Positions 13,865-27,005 of a stretch of DNA of 64,000 bases are shown one piece after another. The notes beneath the pieces are model-generated. The model saw only the letters and a list, made by a program, of their open reading frames with translations. It was not told the DNA's origin and did not search any database. Every line of letters begins with the position of its first letter. Within the stretch, counting starts at the first letter, position 1. The DNA comes from Octopus vulgaris (Eukaryota), in assembly GCA_951406725.2 (NCBI GenBank), contig OX597822.1, positions 68,634,001 through 68,698,000 of the forward strand. The letters run 5' to 3'. The translations under genes were made by a program, and so were the position numbers.

Positions 13865-14561
13865 ACAGTATCATCACTTTACATCCACTTTCCATGCTGG
13901 CACAGGTTGGGTGTCAGCATGTCTTCAGGGTACTGCTCACCCAGGCAAGTCAGAAGACCCCCATCTCATTCACAATGGACGTCCTTCCCAATAACAAGTA
14001 CCTTACTCAAAGTACTGGATATTTTATTTTATTTATTTTTTTTTTGTACCACCAACACCAAAGAGGTATCATGTCCTTGACAATACTAAAAGATTTTCAT
14101 GACTTTACACTTTACAGTGAGTACAAGATGCATTTTTCATGACACTAGCCCAAGAGAAGTAGCTTTGTCCTCAACATGACAAAAGGGTGCTCATGCACAA
14201 CTTTCTCTCTCCCTCACACTCACCTCCCTCCTCTCTCTGCCCTTCTTGTTGCCAACCTTCACTTGTTTCTAAGCAAGGTAATATTTCTCCAAGATCAGAC
14301 ATGCTTGCATGGAAGATTAGAAAAGAACAATGGCACTTATATCATGACAAGAAAACGTGCATGCACGCACACACACACGACCAGGCAGCTTCCTTTGGTT
14401 TATATCTAAAAAGAAATCCACACACAAGGTTTGGGCCAACCTGGGGTAACTTGCCTGAGGTACCAAGCAGTGGGATTGACCCTAGAACCATGTGGTAGAG
14501 AAGTGAGCTTCTTAATATTACAGCGACGTCTGCACTTATATATGCACATTCATATATATAT

Positions 14562-14592
<31 letters not shown>

Positions 14593-14955
14593 ACGGGAAG
14601 CTTTATGAAAATAAACAAAAGACGAAGGCAGGTGGAAAACAAACGAACAAATTGTATTAGTATGGCGCTCAGGAAATATATATATGAATGTGCATGTATA
14701 TATATTTATAATTATATAATTATATATAAAAACACTTTTTGTATAAGTTTTTACCGATAATGGGGTTTTTTTCCATACCGAAACTACTTGGTAAAATTTA
14801 TTAATTATTAGATTAATAATTCTTTACCATATATCTGTAATGATTATATATATATATGTAGAAGTTTGAAAAGAACACATGAGTTGATATATATGTGGAA
14901 AAAAGTCAAGGTAGAAAAGGCTAAAATAATTTCATAGAACACATTTTAGTACTGA

Positions 14956-15129
14956 TTTCAGTCATTGAGACTTTTTCAACTGTAAGTACAGAAAACAATT
15001 AAATTTTGGAAAAATTAAATAAAATGTTTTCTAAAAGAATATTTGCATAGTATTCAAATATTCTTTTTAAAAACTTTTCATTAAATTTGTTTTCCACGCT
15101 TACTGTTGAAAAAGTCTCAATGACTGAAA
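14956..15129. repeat. Imperfect palindrome with perfect 25-bp outer arms
   Basis: TTTCAGTCATTGAGACTTTTTCAAC (14956-14980) / GTTGAAAAAGTCTCAATGACTGAAA (15105-15129). Confidence 0.85.
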
Positions 15130-15606
15130 CCAGAACCCTTTTACTTGTTTCAGTGCGGGGGGGGGGGGGGAAACAAACACAGACACACACACACATGACA
15201 GGCTTCTTTCAGTTTCCGTCTACCAAATCCACTCACAAGGCTTTGGTCGGCCTGAGGCTATAGTAGAAGACACTTGCCCAAGGTGCCACACATTGGGACT
15301 GAACCTGGAACCATGTGGTTGGTACGCAAGTTACTTACCACACAGCCATTCCTGCACCTAGGAAGATATTTATATATGAATAAATCCAACTTACATAGAA
15401 TACAAACAACAGAGAAAATTAAATATACACGTGTGTGTGTATATATACATAGATAGATAGATAGATAGATAGATATAGATATATGTATGTATATATACAC
15501 ACATATATATGTTTATTGTCTATGTTATCGCTTATGTTATGTTATCATCTATTTTTCCGCATGTTGTGTTTGTTCGATTCTGCTTGTTATGTTCTTTATG
15601 TCCTAC

Positions 15607-15656
<50 letters not shown>

Positions 15657-16399
15657 CACATATATACATACACACACATATATATTTGTGTGGATCTGTG
15701 TATATACTGTTGATATTTACAACAGATCATTTTCTCAATCTAATATTAGTGAAGATAAATTTCATAAGCTTTGTGTCGCTACCTCCAGCTGAGACGAATC
15801 AAAGAATATCATTGAAACATGAATGGGGCATGTATCTAGGAATGTAAAAAGTTTTGCTTATTCTTGGTTTGGTTTTCAATGGTCCCAGTAAATCCAGGTA
15901 GGATGCGGGGCGGGGTGGGGGTGTTAAGCAAAGGGCAGAGGGAGAAGAACAGGGGAATTAGTGAAGAACTATTTAGGTGGTTGGGTTTTTCATTGCCCCC
16001 CCACCACCACCACCACCACCATCACCACCACAATTCCAGGAATTGAGTGAGGGGTACAAAGGTGAGAAAGAAAGGGAGAGAGAGTGAGAGTGAGAGTGAA
16101 GTACATGGAATTAGTGAAGAACTATTCAGGTGGTAAAAAAAAAAAATGGACTGTACACCTGGATAGGTTTTTATTTGTTTACTAATTAAAAAAACAAGGG
16201 TAAAAAAATATATATATATATAAAAAAGGCAAGGAGAGGGGAGGGGAGGGGGGTAAATATTGTTCTAATAGTGGTAGTTGCAGTGGGGGGTATTAAGCAG
16301 AAGAGACAGAAAATATGTTTCTATGAATTGCTTCAGCTCATTCCTCCTCCTTCAACTCTCTCTCATTAGCACTGCCTGTTATCTGTGGTGGTAGTGGTG

Positions 16400-16446
<47 letters not shown>

Positions 16447-16585
16447 CGTTGCATGCAGGGAGAGGCAGAAAGTGTTTTCGTATGTAGAAATTTTTGTGTA
16501 TCGGTTCTATGTGTGCGTGTGTATGTAAACACATGCATATATGCGTATGCATGTGTTTACATGCGCAAGCATGCACATGCACACG

Positions 16586-16628
<43 letters not shown>

Positions 16629-16713
16629 CTATCAGCACAATAGCACATTCTATTACAGATCATCATTCTACTTGCTGCTACTATAGCTGAGTCTAATCTT
16701 GTGAGGGCAGTGC

Positions 16714-16752
<39 letters not shown>

Positions 16753-18099
16753 CGTGCGCTGTGAGTGGAAGTTACAGAGGAGATAGAATAAAAACCTACA
16801 CCAGTAAATAAGAGAGCAAGAGACAAAGACAGAGGGAGGGAGAGGGGAGAGAGAGAGACGCACAGAGAGTAAAAGAGAAGAGAAGAGAGAAAATGGCTCT
16901 GATGCTTCCTTTAAAACACCTTCCTGTTTTCTCCCAGCACTACCTGCTCCAACAGCAAAAGGAACAAACACTGTCCTCTGACAACAGAAAGCGACCGACC
17001 AGCAGTGGTGGTGGTGGTGGTGGTAGTGGTGGTGAGATTTGGGTTGTAGTTAGTTACCTGAATCCACCCAGCTCATCCTCCTTCGTTTACCTACCTGCTT
17101 CAACACTAACACACATGCAGGTATGGGACACCTTGGCCTAACTTTTGTAGAAAAAAAAAAAGAGAGAAAAAAGAGGGGGTAAGGAATCCAGGAATCAGTA
17201 AAAAGATCTCTATGTTATTTTATCTATCAAAGCTGCCTGGGTTGAGTTGTCTAGTTGTTGGTTCTGATACAGTCTGGGTTTAGCTTTTTAGATACAGCCA
17301 AAAGGAAGAGAGAGAGAGAGAGAGGTGGAGGAGTTAAGATGGTCAGGTTATCAAAGCTTTGTACATCTTTCTTCAGGGGCCACAGTCATAAAAGGAGACA
17401 ATCAGAGAAATGAGAGAGAGGAAAGAACAGAAAGGGAAAAAAGGTAAGAAAGACCTGAAGGTGGTGGAGAAAGGAAAAGACAGCGATAGGGGTGGGGGTA
17501 GTAAGATGTGCAAGAAAGATAAGGTAAAGGAAGTTCAGGTGAAGGACTAAGTACAGCAGTTTGATAGTCCACACTTACATTTCTTTAGTTTATTAAGGAG
17601 AGTGGGTGAGGGTTGATGGGGGCAGAGAAGCTAACCTGTCGCCCACCTCACTCTCTCTTTCGCTCTATGTCCCTATCAGTACCCCCCACACACATACATA
17701 CACACACAGGGCAGATATTAGAGGAAAGGAAAAAACTAAAGAGAGAAAATGGAACCAGGAGAAGAGTGTGGGGGAGAGAAGGAGGGGAGTATTGAAAGAA
17801 GTCATTAGTAAAAAAAATAAAAAAACGGTAATGGGTCAGTCAGCAGAATAACCTGAGGAAGGAGAGAGAGAGAGAGAGAAAGAGGAAAAAGTTTAATGAA
17901 TGAATGGCAAAAAAAATAAATAAATAAAAGACATTTTATCTCACCTCATACAACAGGTAGGAATTTAGAGAGAGAGAAAAACAAAGAAAGGAAGGATGAA
18001 AGAAAGAAAGAAAGATTATATGCTGCTAGGTTTAGAACAGAGATTTCCTCCCATACCAGACCTGCCTATCAATATTTGAGAAGTTTTACAAGTGGCTGC

Positions 18100-18162
<63 letters not shown>

Positions 18163-20827
18163 GAGAGAAAGAGAGAGAGCTGGTGTGTGTGTGTGTGTTT
18201 GTTAGTGGCTGGCTATAATGTGCAGCGTACATATGAAAGAGTTATAGGACTACAGTATAAAAAAAAAAAAAGGTTGTTCTGACTATGAACAGAACATCAA
18301 GAATTATTGGCAATCGTACAATGCAGTATAAAGCAGAGTAAAAGCAAGGTAGTTCGTCTTTGTAACAGGTGTACTGTAGCCTTTCCACTGGTCAGTCAAG
18401 TGGAACAGGAGATAGCTGACAGCTTCACTATTGGATCAAGTCAAAGACCTAGAAAAACACAGGTATAGTGTTCAGCCTTAGTGGCAAAAATAAAAGAAAT
18501 GAAACGAGAGAGAGAGAGAAAAAAAATGAATAAAGTATATATATATATATATACCTACATAAACAAGATCAGTTAAGAAAATCTAGAGCTGTTAAAATGA
18601 AAGGAAATTGTAATCTTATGAGATTAGGGCTCTTAATTGTTGCTTTTTATTTAGTCATTTTGTTTTTATATTTTATTTATTTGTTTATTTATTTATTTTT
18701 TTACCTGAAACTGAGTTGGTTACAGTCTACATAAAATATGAAATACTTTCAAGAAACATGCCAGTGATTGAGGAAGAGGAGGAAGAGGGGGAGAAGAAGA
18801 ATGGTATCTTATCAAACCACAAGCCAATGAGCTTCATTGGGAGTGAATCCAAAAGGGGCCAATTGAGGCCATTCAAGAACTAATAAAACTTATAAAACAA
18901 AATATCACTTCCAAAGCTGAAGATAGCAAAACATTATAATGAATTTGTGTTCTTTTATTTTTTTATAATTTTTTCCTTGTTTCAGTCATTTGACTGCAGC
19001 CATGCTGGAGCACCGCCTTAAAGGATTTTTTTTTAGTTGAAGAAATCGACCCCAGGACTTATTCTTTGTAAGCCTAGTAATTATCATATTGGTCTCTTTT
19101 GCCAAACTGCTAAGTTATGGTGACATAAACACACCAACATTAGTTGTAAGTGATGGTGGTGGTGGGGGGGGGGGTAAACATGCACACAAATGCACACAAA
19201 CACACACACACACATAGACAACAGGCTTCTTTCAATTTCCATCTACCAAATCAATTCACAAGGCTTTGGTTAGCTCAAGGCTTTTGTAGAAGGCACTTGC
19301 TCAAGGTGCCATGTCCAGGGAACTGAACATGGTTCCAGGCTCAGTCCCTGGACTGAACCTGGAACCATGTGGTTGGGAAGCAAGCTTCTTACCACACAGC
19401 TACACCTGCACCTGTGTATGCGCATTCCTGATGTGAGTGGTACAACATTTAAGATTTGGTGGAGAGATCATCACCACCACCACCACCACTACCACCACCA
19501 TTTTAAGATTTACTTTTCCATGCATGCATGTGTTGGATGGAAGTTGCTGACGTCAGATTTTCTGTAGTTATATGTCTTTCCTGTTGCTAACTCTCACCTG
19601 CTTCCAGGTGAGATGCTATTTCTCTCATGTCCAGACACGGGAGACTGGAAACGAAGGAAACCGCTTGCATACCAACGACACCTGGTTTGCAACTGCTGCA
19701 CAATGTCAAGGTAAGCAGACAGTAACACACACACATGCGCGCATGCATACACAGATAACAGACTTCTTTCAGTTTCTGCCTATTAAACCCACTCGTAAAG
19801 CTTTGTTTGGGCCAGAGTTTACAAGTAGAAGACATCTGCCCAAAAAGGTGCTATGAAGTGGAACTGAACTCAAAACCATTTGGTTGGGAAGCAAAGAAGA
19901 CAAACTTCTCACCACAAAGTCACACCTATAAAATTATTGAGAAGAAAAAGAGAATGGGACGAGCATTTTAGAATAACTTTCGTTCTCTGTTGAGGGTATT
20001 ATTAGATATCATAACCACCTTGTGAAACAGAAGACAGAAACTAACTGACTGATAGGACTTTGACCCATGTTACTAACTATCCATTGCTAGGCAACCATGC
20101 TATAGATTACACCATGGAGCTCCTGCCATTCTATCTTCTCAAATTAGAGAATCTGAGATGGAATAACTTAACAAGGGTATAGTAACATAATCAGTAGGAT
20201 GATCATCTTGTAAGTGACAAGCACATACTTCAAGTCCCGTCAGGATGTCTACTACTCTTTTCTGTCTCAAACGGATACTTATAATGTCTAATAAAGAATT
20301 AAAGCATCAGACTGAATGCCTTTCCAATATTTGTTCCAATTCTCTATGCTTCGAGTTCAAATCCTACTGAGATTAACTTTACATTTCATCCTTTTGAGGT
20401 TGCTACAAAAGCGCAAGTCTATAGAATAGGGAACTAGTGGAATTGTTAGAGAGGTTAGACTTGATGTCTGGCACAATCTGTTCTGGTTCTCTGTTTTCTT
20501 CCAGTGAAGCCTGCAACAATATTAGTACCAAATTGTGTTTGTGTTGCATCTCTATTTCGCAACCTCAGATGCAGAAAAGGGAGATAAGATGACTGGGTGC
20601 AGCTGCTTGGAAGTGACCGTTTAACACAGCTGACTAGACATTCAATCTGTTTTGGTAACAGTACAGTACTTTTTGGCACTGGAGGCAAACATACACACAC
20701 ACACACATGCGGGCACACAGAAATATACACATAAAAAGTGAAAGAGAGGGGGATGGGGAGAGAGAGAGAGAGAGAAAGACTACGCCATATGCCCACTATA
20801 ACCACTATGCTATATAACCACTACATA

Positions 20828-21082
20828 TGGCGTAGTGGTTAAGAGCGCAGACTACTAACTCCAAGATTCCGAGTTCGATTCCAGGCAGTGACCTGAATAA
20901 TTATAATAATAATCATAACATTGAAAAATACCTTAGGAATGAGAACCCATGTTCAAAATTTCCCCAAGACCCCTGATGAAGCCCGAAACGTGTTAACAAC
21001 AAACAAGGTGAGGACAAATATCCGTCAAATAAAAATAATGTAAATAATGTACATAATTCCTCATCTCTTAAATATAGAACTG
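20828..21082 (+). mobile_element. tRNA-headed SINE-like element with a hammerhead-like tail
   Basis: A-box TGGCGTAGTGG, B-box GAGTTCGATTCC, an (AAT)n spacer, then CTGATGAAGCCCGAAACG and AACAACAAACAAGGTGAGGACA (shared with 30721-31024). Confidence 0.7.
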
Positions 21083-22023
21083 TATTAACAAATATGTTAT
21101 TAGAATGCATTTTTTTACTCATGACTCTGGGAAAAAATGTAAAAAAGTTAAGTAAAAAAAAAAAAAACTCCAGCCAGAATTGAACCCAAGAAAAAGATAG
21201 ATGTACAGACAAACAGAAAAACCTATCATTTCTAACAACAGTCACCTCTTAAGTTATAAAAGTATAGCAAATACTATTCAGTGTTTGCTTCATAATAGTA
21301 TTAATTCTATCTAGTATATACTCAAAAGATTATAATAAATAGAATATGCTTTAATATTGCATTTCTAAGGAAACGTGGAAGGACGGGGAAAGAAAGAAAC
21401 AAGAAGTAAAAATATATACAAAAACGTGTTTTTTGTGTGTGTGTATGTATGTAAGTATGTATGTATGTATGTTTGTATGTATGTATTTATGTGAAGAGGA
21501 AAAACTGTTTTAAATCAGTTATATAGTGAATTGTGTGCATTTTTCTTTTATGTATCAGATTTTGAACAGAGCTATTCATGTCAAGTTTATGCTAGTTTGT
21601 TTGTTTTTTATATTGAAACAATCAATACATACAAGACATCAATAATTAAATAATGGCACCACACCCTGAAAAATGATCTGATTCCAATATAGAATGACAT
21701 ACACATGTGTGGACGTGGACACACACATACTAACATCCAATACAGAATGACACATGTACATATACATACTCACATGAACACAAACACACACACACACATG
21801 TATACAAGTGTAACTCGGCTCTTTATTTCGATACTTCGGCCAACTTTCTATAGGATTAATTCTCCAATATATACTAAATAGATAAAGTAAATCAGTTTTT
21901 GTGCAAATGCTGTTTATTTTTCTTTCTTTTTATTATATTAGCTAGCTAACAGCAGTGGTGGGGGATATAATGCTTCAGATAATAATAATAATAATAATAA
22001 CAATAATAATAATAATATAATAG

Positions 22024-22280
22024 CAGTTGTGGTCGATGTAAAAGGTAGCAGTAGTACCAATAATTGTCAGTGCCTTGGGAGCAAGGAGTAAAAATCTTGA
22101 GAAGTATATGGAACAAATAGGGGCTGCAATAACAGTGGAGCACTTGCAGAAAACAGCACCACTTGGAACTGCTTGAATACTCCGGAAGGTGCTCCAAAAA
22201 TAAGGTGTGTTACCTTAGTTCACTGGTAGTGTACAGCTGACACTGTAGTACATCTCCAGTGTTAGAAGCTGTGCAAAGGC
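22024..22280 (+). mobile_element. R4/Dong-like (restriction-like endonuclease) non-LTR 3' end inserted in (TAA)n
   Basis: Translates to LWSM*KVAVVPIIVSALGARSKNLEKYMEQIG...EHLQKTAPLGTA*ILRKVL, matching the C-terminal pattern of RLE elements. (TAA)n flanks both sides. Confidence 0.75.
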
Positions 22281-22309
<29 letters not shown>

Positions 22310-22312
<3 letters not shown>

Positions 22313-22680
22313 CAAAAGCACTCAGAGAGCACAAACCACTGCCAAAGCAACACCAACGTCTTCTCAACGATTAGACAGAGATGACTTTTAAAATGAGAAT
22401 ATCTGAAATAAACTCGACTGCTATCACAAACGAGAATACTAAAAATGAACCCGACTGCTCTCAAAAATTAAGTAAAAACACAAGAAAAGTAATCCAGAAT
22501 CCTTGTCCGGTACCGGATCGATCTCAAAATCCAATCAGTTCGTGCCATTCACAAGGCCAAAACTCCCTGAAAGTTTCATCAGAATCCATCCAGTGGTTCT
22601 TGAGATATCTTGTCCACAGACAAACAAACAACCAAACACGACTGAAAACAATACCTCCGCCTTCGCTATGGTGGAGATAC
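22310..22680 (+). mobile_element. Helentron/HINE-like non-autonomous rolling-circle element
   Basis: AAGTTTCATCAGAATCCATCCAGTGGTTCTTGAGATAT, then a CAGACAAACAAAC tract and a terminal hairpin CTCCGCC-TTCGCTAT-GGTGGAG. Confidence 0.55.
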
Positions 22681-22929
22681 TAGTAGCAACAGTAGCAGTA
22701 GTAGTAATGGTATTTTCAAATTTCAGCACAAGGCCAGCAATTTCAGGGGAAGGGGTAAATCAATTACATCAACCCCCAGTACTCAACTAGTACTTATTTT
22801 ATCGACCCTGAAAAGGATGAAAGGTAAAGTCAACCCCAACAGAATTTGAACTCAGAATCTGCAGGCAGATGAAATACTGCTAAGTGTTTTGCCAGGCGTG
22901 TTAACAATTCTGCCAGCTTGCTGCCTTAA

Positions 22930-23323
22930 TCTCTATATATATATAAAACTGAAGTTGTCTGTGTATGGCAGGTTTGGTAGCCTTCAACTAACACTATCTC
23001 CTCCTAGACCCTGCGGCACAAGTTGACTAAAATTGAGAGTATGAAAGAAGAAGGCTTGCTCTTCCTTCCGTAGAAGAAAAAATTCAAATTAGACCATGTT
23101 AAGACCAGAAATTATTTACATCAAAAAGGTACGTTTTTTCTATGAAAATCCCTATTTTTTACGATTTTTTTACTACTGTGTCGCCATTTTTTGGTGTATT
23201 TCAACCAGGAAAATGTTCACTTAAAGAGAATAACAAGCTACATAATGCAAAATTTTTACTTTTCAAAAATTCCAATTCTAAAGGGCCGAAACAAATCCGA
23301 GCAACGCCAGACGATACTGCTAG
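22930..23323 (+). mobile_element. Non-autonomous Helitron
   Basis: 5' A|TC-TCTATATATATAAAAC start; subterminal hairpin TCCGAGCAACGCCAGA; 3' CTAG|T end; inserted between A and T. Confidence 0.8.
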
Positions 23324-24435
23324 TAATAATAATAATTCTTTCTACTAAAGTCACAAGGCCTGAAATTTTGGCAGAAGGGAGACAGTCAATTACATCAACC
23401 CCAGTATCTTACTGGTACTTAATTTATCAACTCTGAAAAGATTAAGGGCAAAGTTGACCTTGGCAGAACTTGAATTCAGAACATAAAAAAACGGACGAAA
23501 TACAACAAAGCATTTTGCCAGGCATTTTAATGATTCTGCTAGCTTACCGCCTCAATAATAATAATAAAAATAATTATAACAATAATAATAAAATAAATGT
23601 GCCCTTTTAAAGCTTAGCCAGGCTCATGGGCCCGGTTTCCCGGTTTCTATGGCGTATGTGTTCCCCAGCTGGATGGGACGCTAGTCCATTGCAGCGTTAC
23701 TCATTTTTGCCAGCTGAGTGGACTGGAGCAATGTGAAATGAAGTGTTTTGTTCAAGAACACAATGCGTCGCCTGGTCCAGGAATTGAAACCACAATCTTA
23801 CAGTCATGGTGCTGACACCTTAACCACTAAGCCACGCACCTCCTATAACAAAAATAGTAATGATAATAACAATAACAATTGCACATAAACACACATACAA
23901 GTTAAGAATTTCTTTTAAAAGTAAAAAATCATACTTTTGACACAATATTAAATTTTAACATGCAAGAAAAACAAAAAGACTCAAATCAATACAAAAATAT
24001 TTATGAAGTTCAAAAATCAATAACAGAAGTTCATTTACACATTTCCTTACTTCCTTTATGATTTCACTGCTTTAGGGGAGACGTTCATTTTCCTTTGCTT
24101 TTATCAACAAGAACTGTCAACAAGTTCAGAGTAAAATATACAGACCAAAATATTTGGATCAATATTTTGTGTGTGTAGGCAGTGAGCTGGCAGAATCATT
24201 ACTGCAGTGGAGAAAAGGTTAAGTGGCGTTCCTTCCAACTTTATGTTCTGAGTTCAATTGCTGCTAGGATTGACTTTTTTGAGGTGGTGACCAGGGGGAA
24301 CTGTTATCAAGTCAGACAAAATGCTTAACGGTATTTCTTCCGATATTACCATTCTGAGTTCAAATGCCACCAGGGTCTACTTTGTCTTTCATCCTTTCGG
24401 CATCAATAAAATAACTACCAGTTGAACACTGGGTT

Positions 24436-24472
<37 letters not shown>

Positions 24473-24988
24473 CATCATCATTGTTTAATGTCCACTTTCC
24501 ATGCTAGCATGGGGGTTGGATGACTTGACTGAGGACTGGCGAACCAGATGGCTGCACCAGGCTCCAATCTTGATCTGGCAGTTTCTACAGCTGGATGCCC
24601 TTCCTTATGCTAACCACTCTGAGGGTGTAGTAGGTGCATTTAGTGCCACCAGCATGAGTGCCAGTCAGGCAGTACTTATTCTTTGTAAACCTAGTACCTA
24701 TTCCATCGGTCTCTTTGCTGAACTGCTAAGTTACAGGGACATAAACACACCAGCATTGGTTGTCAAGCGATGGTGGGGGGACAAACACAGACACACAAAT
24801 AAATATATACATATATATATATGTACGATGAGCTTCTTTGCAGTTTCTGTCTACCAAATCCATTCACAAGGCTTTGGTCCACCCAAGGCTATAGTAGAAG
24901 ACACTTGCCCAAGGTGCCATGCAGTGGGACTAAACCCAGAACCATGTGGTTGGGAAGCAAGCCTCTTACCACACAGCCACTCCTGCAC

Positions 24989-25025
<37 letters not shown>

Positions 25026-25164
25026 TACATACATACATACATGCATGCATGCATACATAAGAACACATATTTGTACAGAATTATATAAACATTTTGACAT
25101 AAATATATATGTATACAAATATACACACACACACACACATATATTGTGCACATATATGAATACA

Positions 25165-25790
25165 TATGTCTGGATGATTTACAAATGCCACGCCAAAAAG
25201 CTAAACCGATTTCACATGAATTGCCTGGGAATGCTGTTGAAAATCACCTGGCAGGAGAATGTCCCAGACATGGAGGTCCTCTTTTGAGCTCTTCTGCCAA
25301 GCATTTACATACACGCTGCTGAGGAAAGTACAGGTCAGTTGGGCAGGCCACCCTGTTTGAATATCTAACATGCAACTCCCTAAGAGACTGTTTTATAGTG
25401 AACTGGCAGAAGGCAAGTACATGCAAGGTGGACAGAAAAGACACTTCAAGGATACACTGAAAGCCTCATTAAGGAGCCTTGAGATCAACCCCCGACACCT
25501 GGGAAATGCAAGCACAAGACCACCCAACTAGGGTGGCAAAGCTGCAACAACCGAGGTGCCATCTCGCCTCAAACAGAACAGGGTTGCATGGACACAATGA
25601 AAATGTCAACTGCACAAGCCCAGAGCCAACTCCTTGCCTTTAGTCCCAACAGGCCATCAATGTCTGACCTGCGAAAGAACCTTCTGAGTATGCACTGGAG
25701 TGATCAGCCATAGACAGCCACCCCATGCCTTGTCTTCTTCTCCCTCTCATGTGATGTCCTTGGTCACTGTCAATAACAACCAACAAACTA
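25165..25790 (+). mobile_element. Decayed RTE/BovB-like LINE 3' fragment
   Basis: HAKKLNRFHMNCL...LLKITWQENVPDMEVL, then a frame with QGGQKRHFKDTLKASL. Confidence 0.8.
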
Positions 25791-26291
25791 ATAATAAAAG
25801 AAATCATGAGTTTATGGTATATGTATACACACATTTATACACACATATATACACACATATATACACACATTTATGTGTATATTCTTTTATTCTTTTACCT
25901 GTTTCGGTCATTTAACTGCAGCCATGATGGAGCACTGCCTTTAAGTGGGTTTTTCCCCAGTTAAAGAAATCGTCCCCAGGACTTATTCTTTGTAAGCCTA
26001 GAACTGACTCTGTCAGTCCCTTTTGCCGAACTGCTAAGTTATGGGGGGTGCTTAAACACATCAACATCAGTCGTCGAGTGATGGTGTCAAATGAGGGTAC
26101 AAATACAGACACAAACACACATAACAGGCTTCTTTCATTTTCCATCGACCAAATCCACTCACAAGGCTTTGGTTGGCCTGAGGCAGAAGACACTCGCCGA
26201 AGGTGTCATGCAGAGGGACTGAACCTGGAACCATGTGGTTAGCAAGTTACTTACCACACAGCCAGCATGGAAAACAGACATTAAAGGATGA

Positions 26292-26328
<37 letters not shown>

Positions 26329-26543
26329 CTCGTTAGTAGTTCAAATATCCACAAAAGAAGCACACTCTAAGCCATTTGAATCTGACAAGTAGCCTATATG
26401 GCTAAGCGCTTCATAGGTGTCAAACCAATGGTCACTCCCTGACTAACCATAACAATTAACTTCCTAAAAAATATGTGAGTGTATATTTGTGCGTGTCCCA
26501 CCCATGCTAGCATGGAAGGCAGACATTAAACAATAATGATGAT

Positions 26544-26599
<56 letters not shown>

Positions 26600-26704
26600 C
26601 AATTGCAGCGTGGAAGGTCTCAGCACACGATCTCAGATCAAATTACTTGCTATGCGAGTACATCTCCGTATATATATATATATGCACATAAATGTTTGGG
26701 GGAG

Positions 26705-27005
26705 GTATAAGCAGTACCATATAAAACTATTAAATGTGAAGAATGGTTAAGAGAAAGAGGATCCGCCCAGCATTTACCCAAATGACCTGTCAGCCATTCT
26801 CATAGACAGCAGCAAGATAGATACAGCAATTAAGGGTATAAAACTAAGGAAAGTCCTCGATCCATCAGGAATTACCAACGAATGCTTAAAATATCTGGCA
26901 ACTAGGATACATACTAGTCGCTCATATAAAGTCAGGCTGTACAAAAACGAAAAAAATTGCCATACCCAATGACTAGCAGAGCAGCACCAGAGTTATTATA
27001 ATGGC
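26705..27005 (+). mobile_element. Decayed internal fragment related to the LINE at 35323
   Basis: Aligns by eye to about 35490-35785 (gacagc..gcaattaagg..tcaggaat..atgcttaaaa..catacccaatgact..agcagcacca). Confidence 0.7.

Noticed and set aside
17570-17600. Minus-strand GTAAGT donor-like site
   Set aside because: The exon-side context is weak (AAT|GTAAGT) and there is no supporting ORF. It cannot be distinguished from chance without transcripts.
20828-20897. tRNA-like sequence (also at 62334, 28793 and 48258)
   Set aside because: A and B boxes are present, but there is no proper acceptor stem and each continues into a repeat body. They are SINE heads, not tRNA genes.
24501-25088. 195-aa ORF, and similar ORFs containing LPNPLTRLWSARGYSRRHLPKV or QIHSQGFGRPEAIVEDTCPRCH
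   Set aside because: These are recurrent chance translations of SINE family A and LINE-tail repeats.
26390-26425. CTGACAAG-TAGCC-TATAT-GGCTA hammerhead-like start in a TA-flanked fragment
   Set aside because: The core is mutated and GAAA is missing. Too degraded to call.
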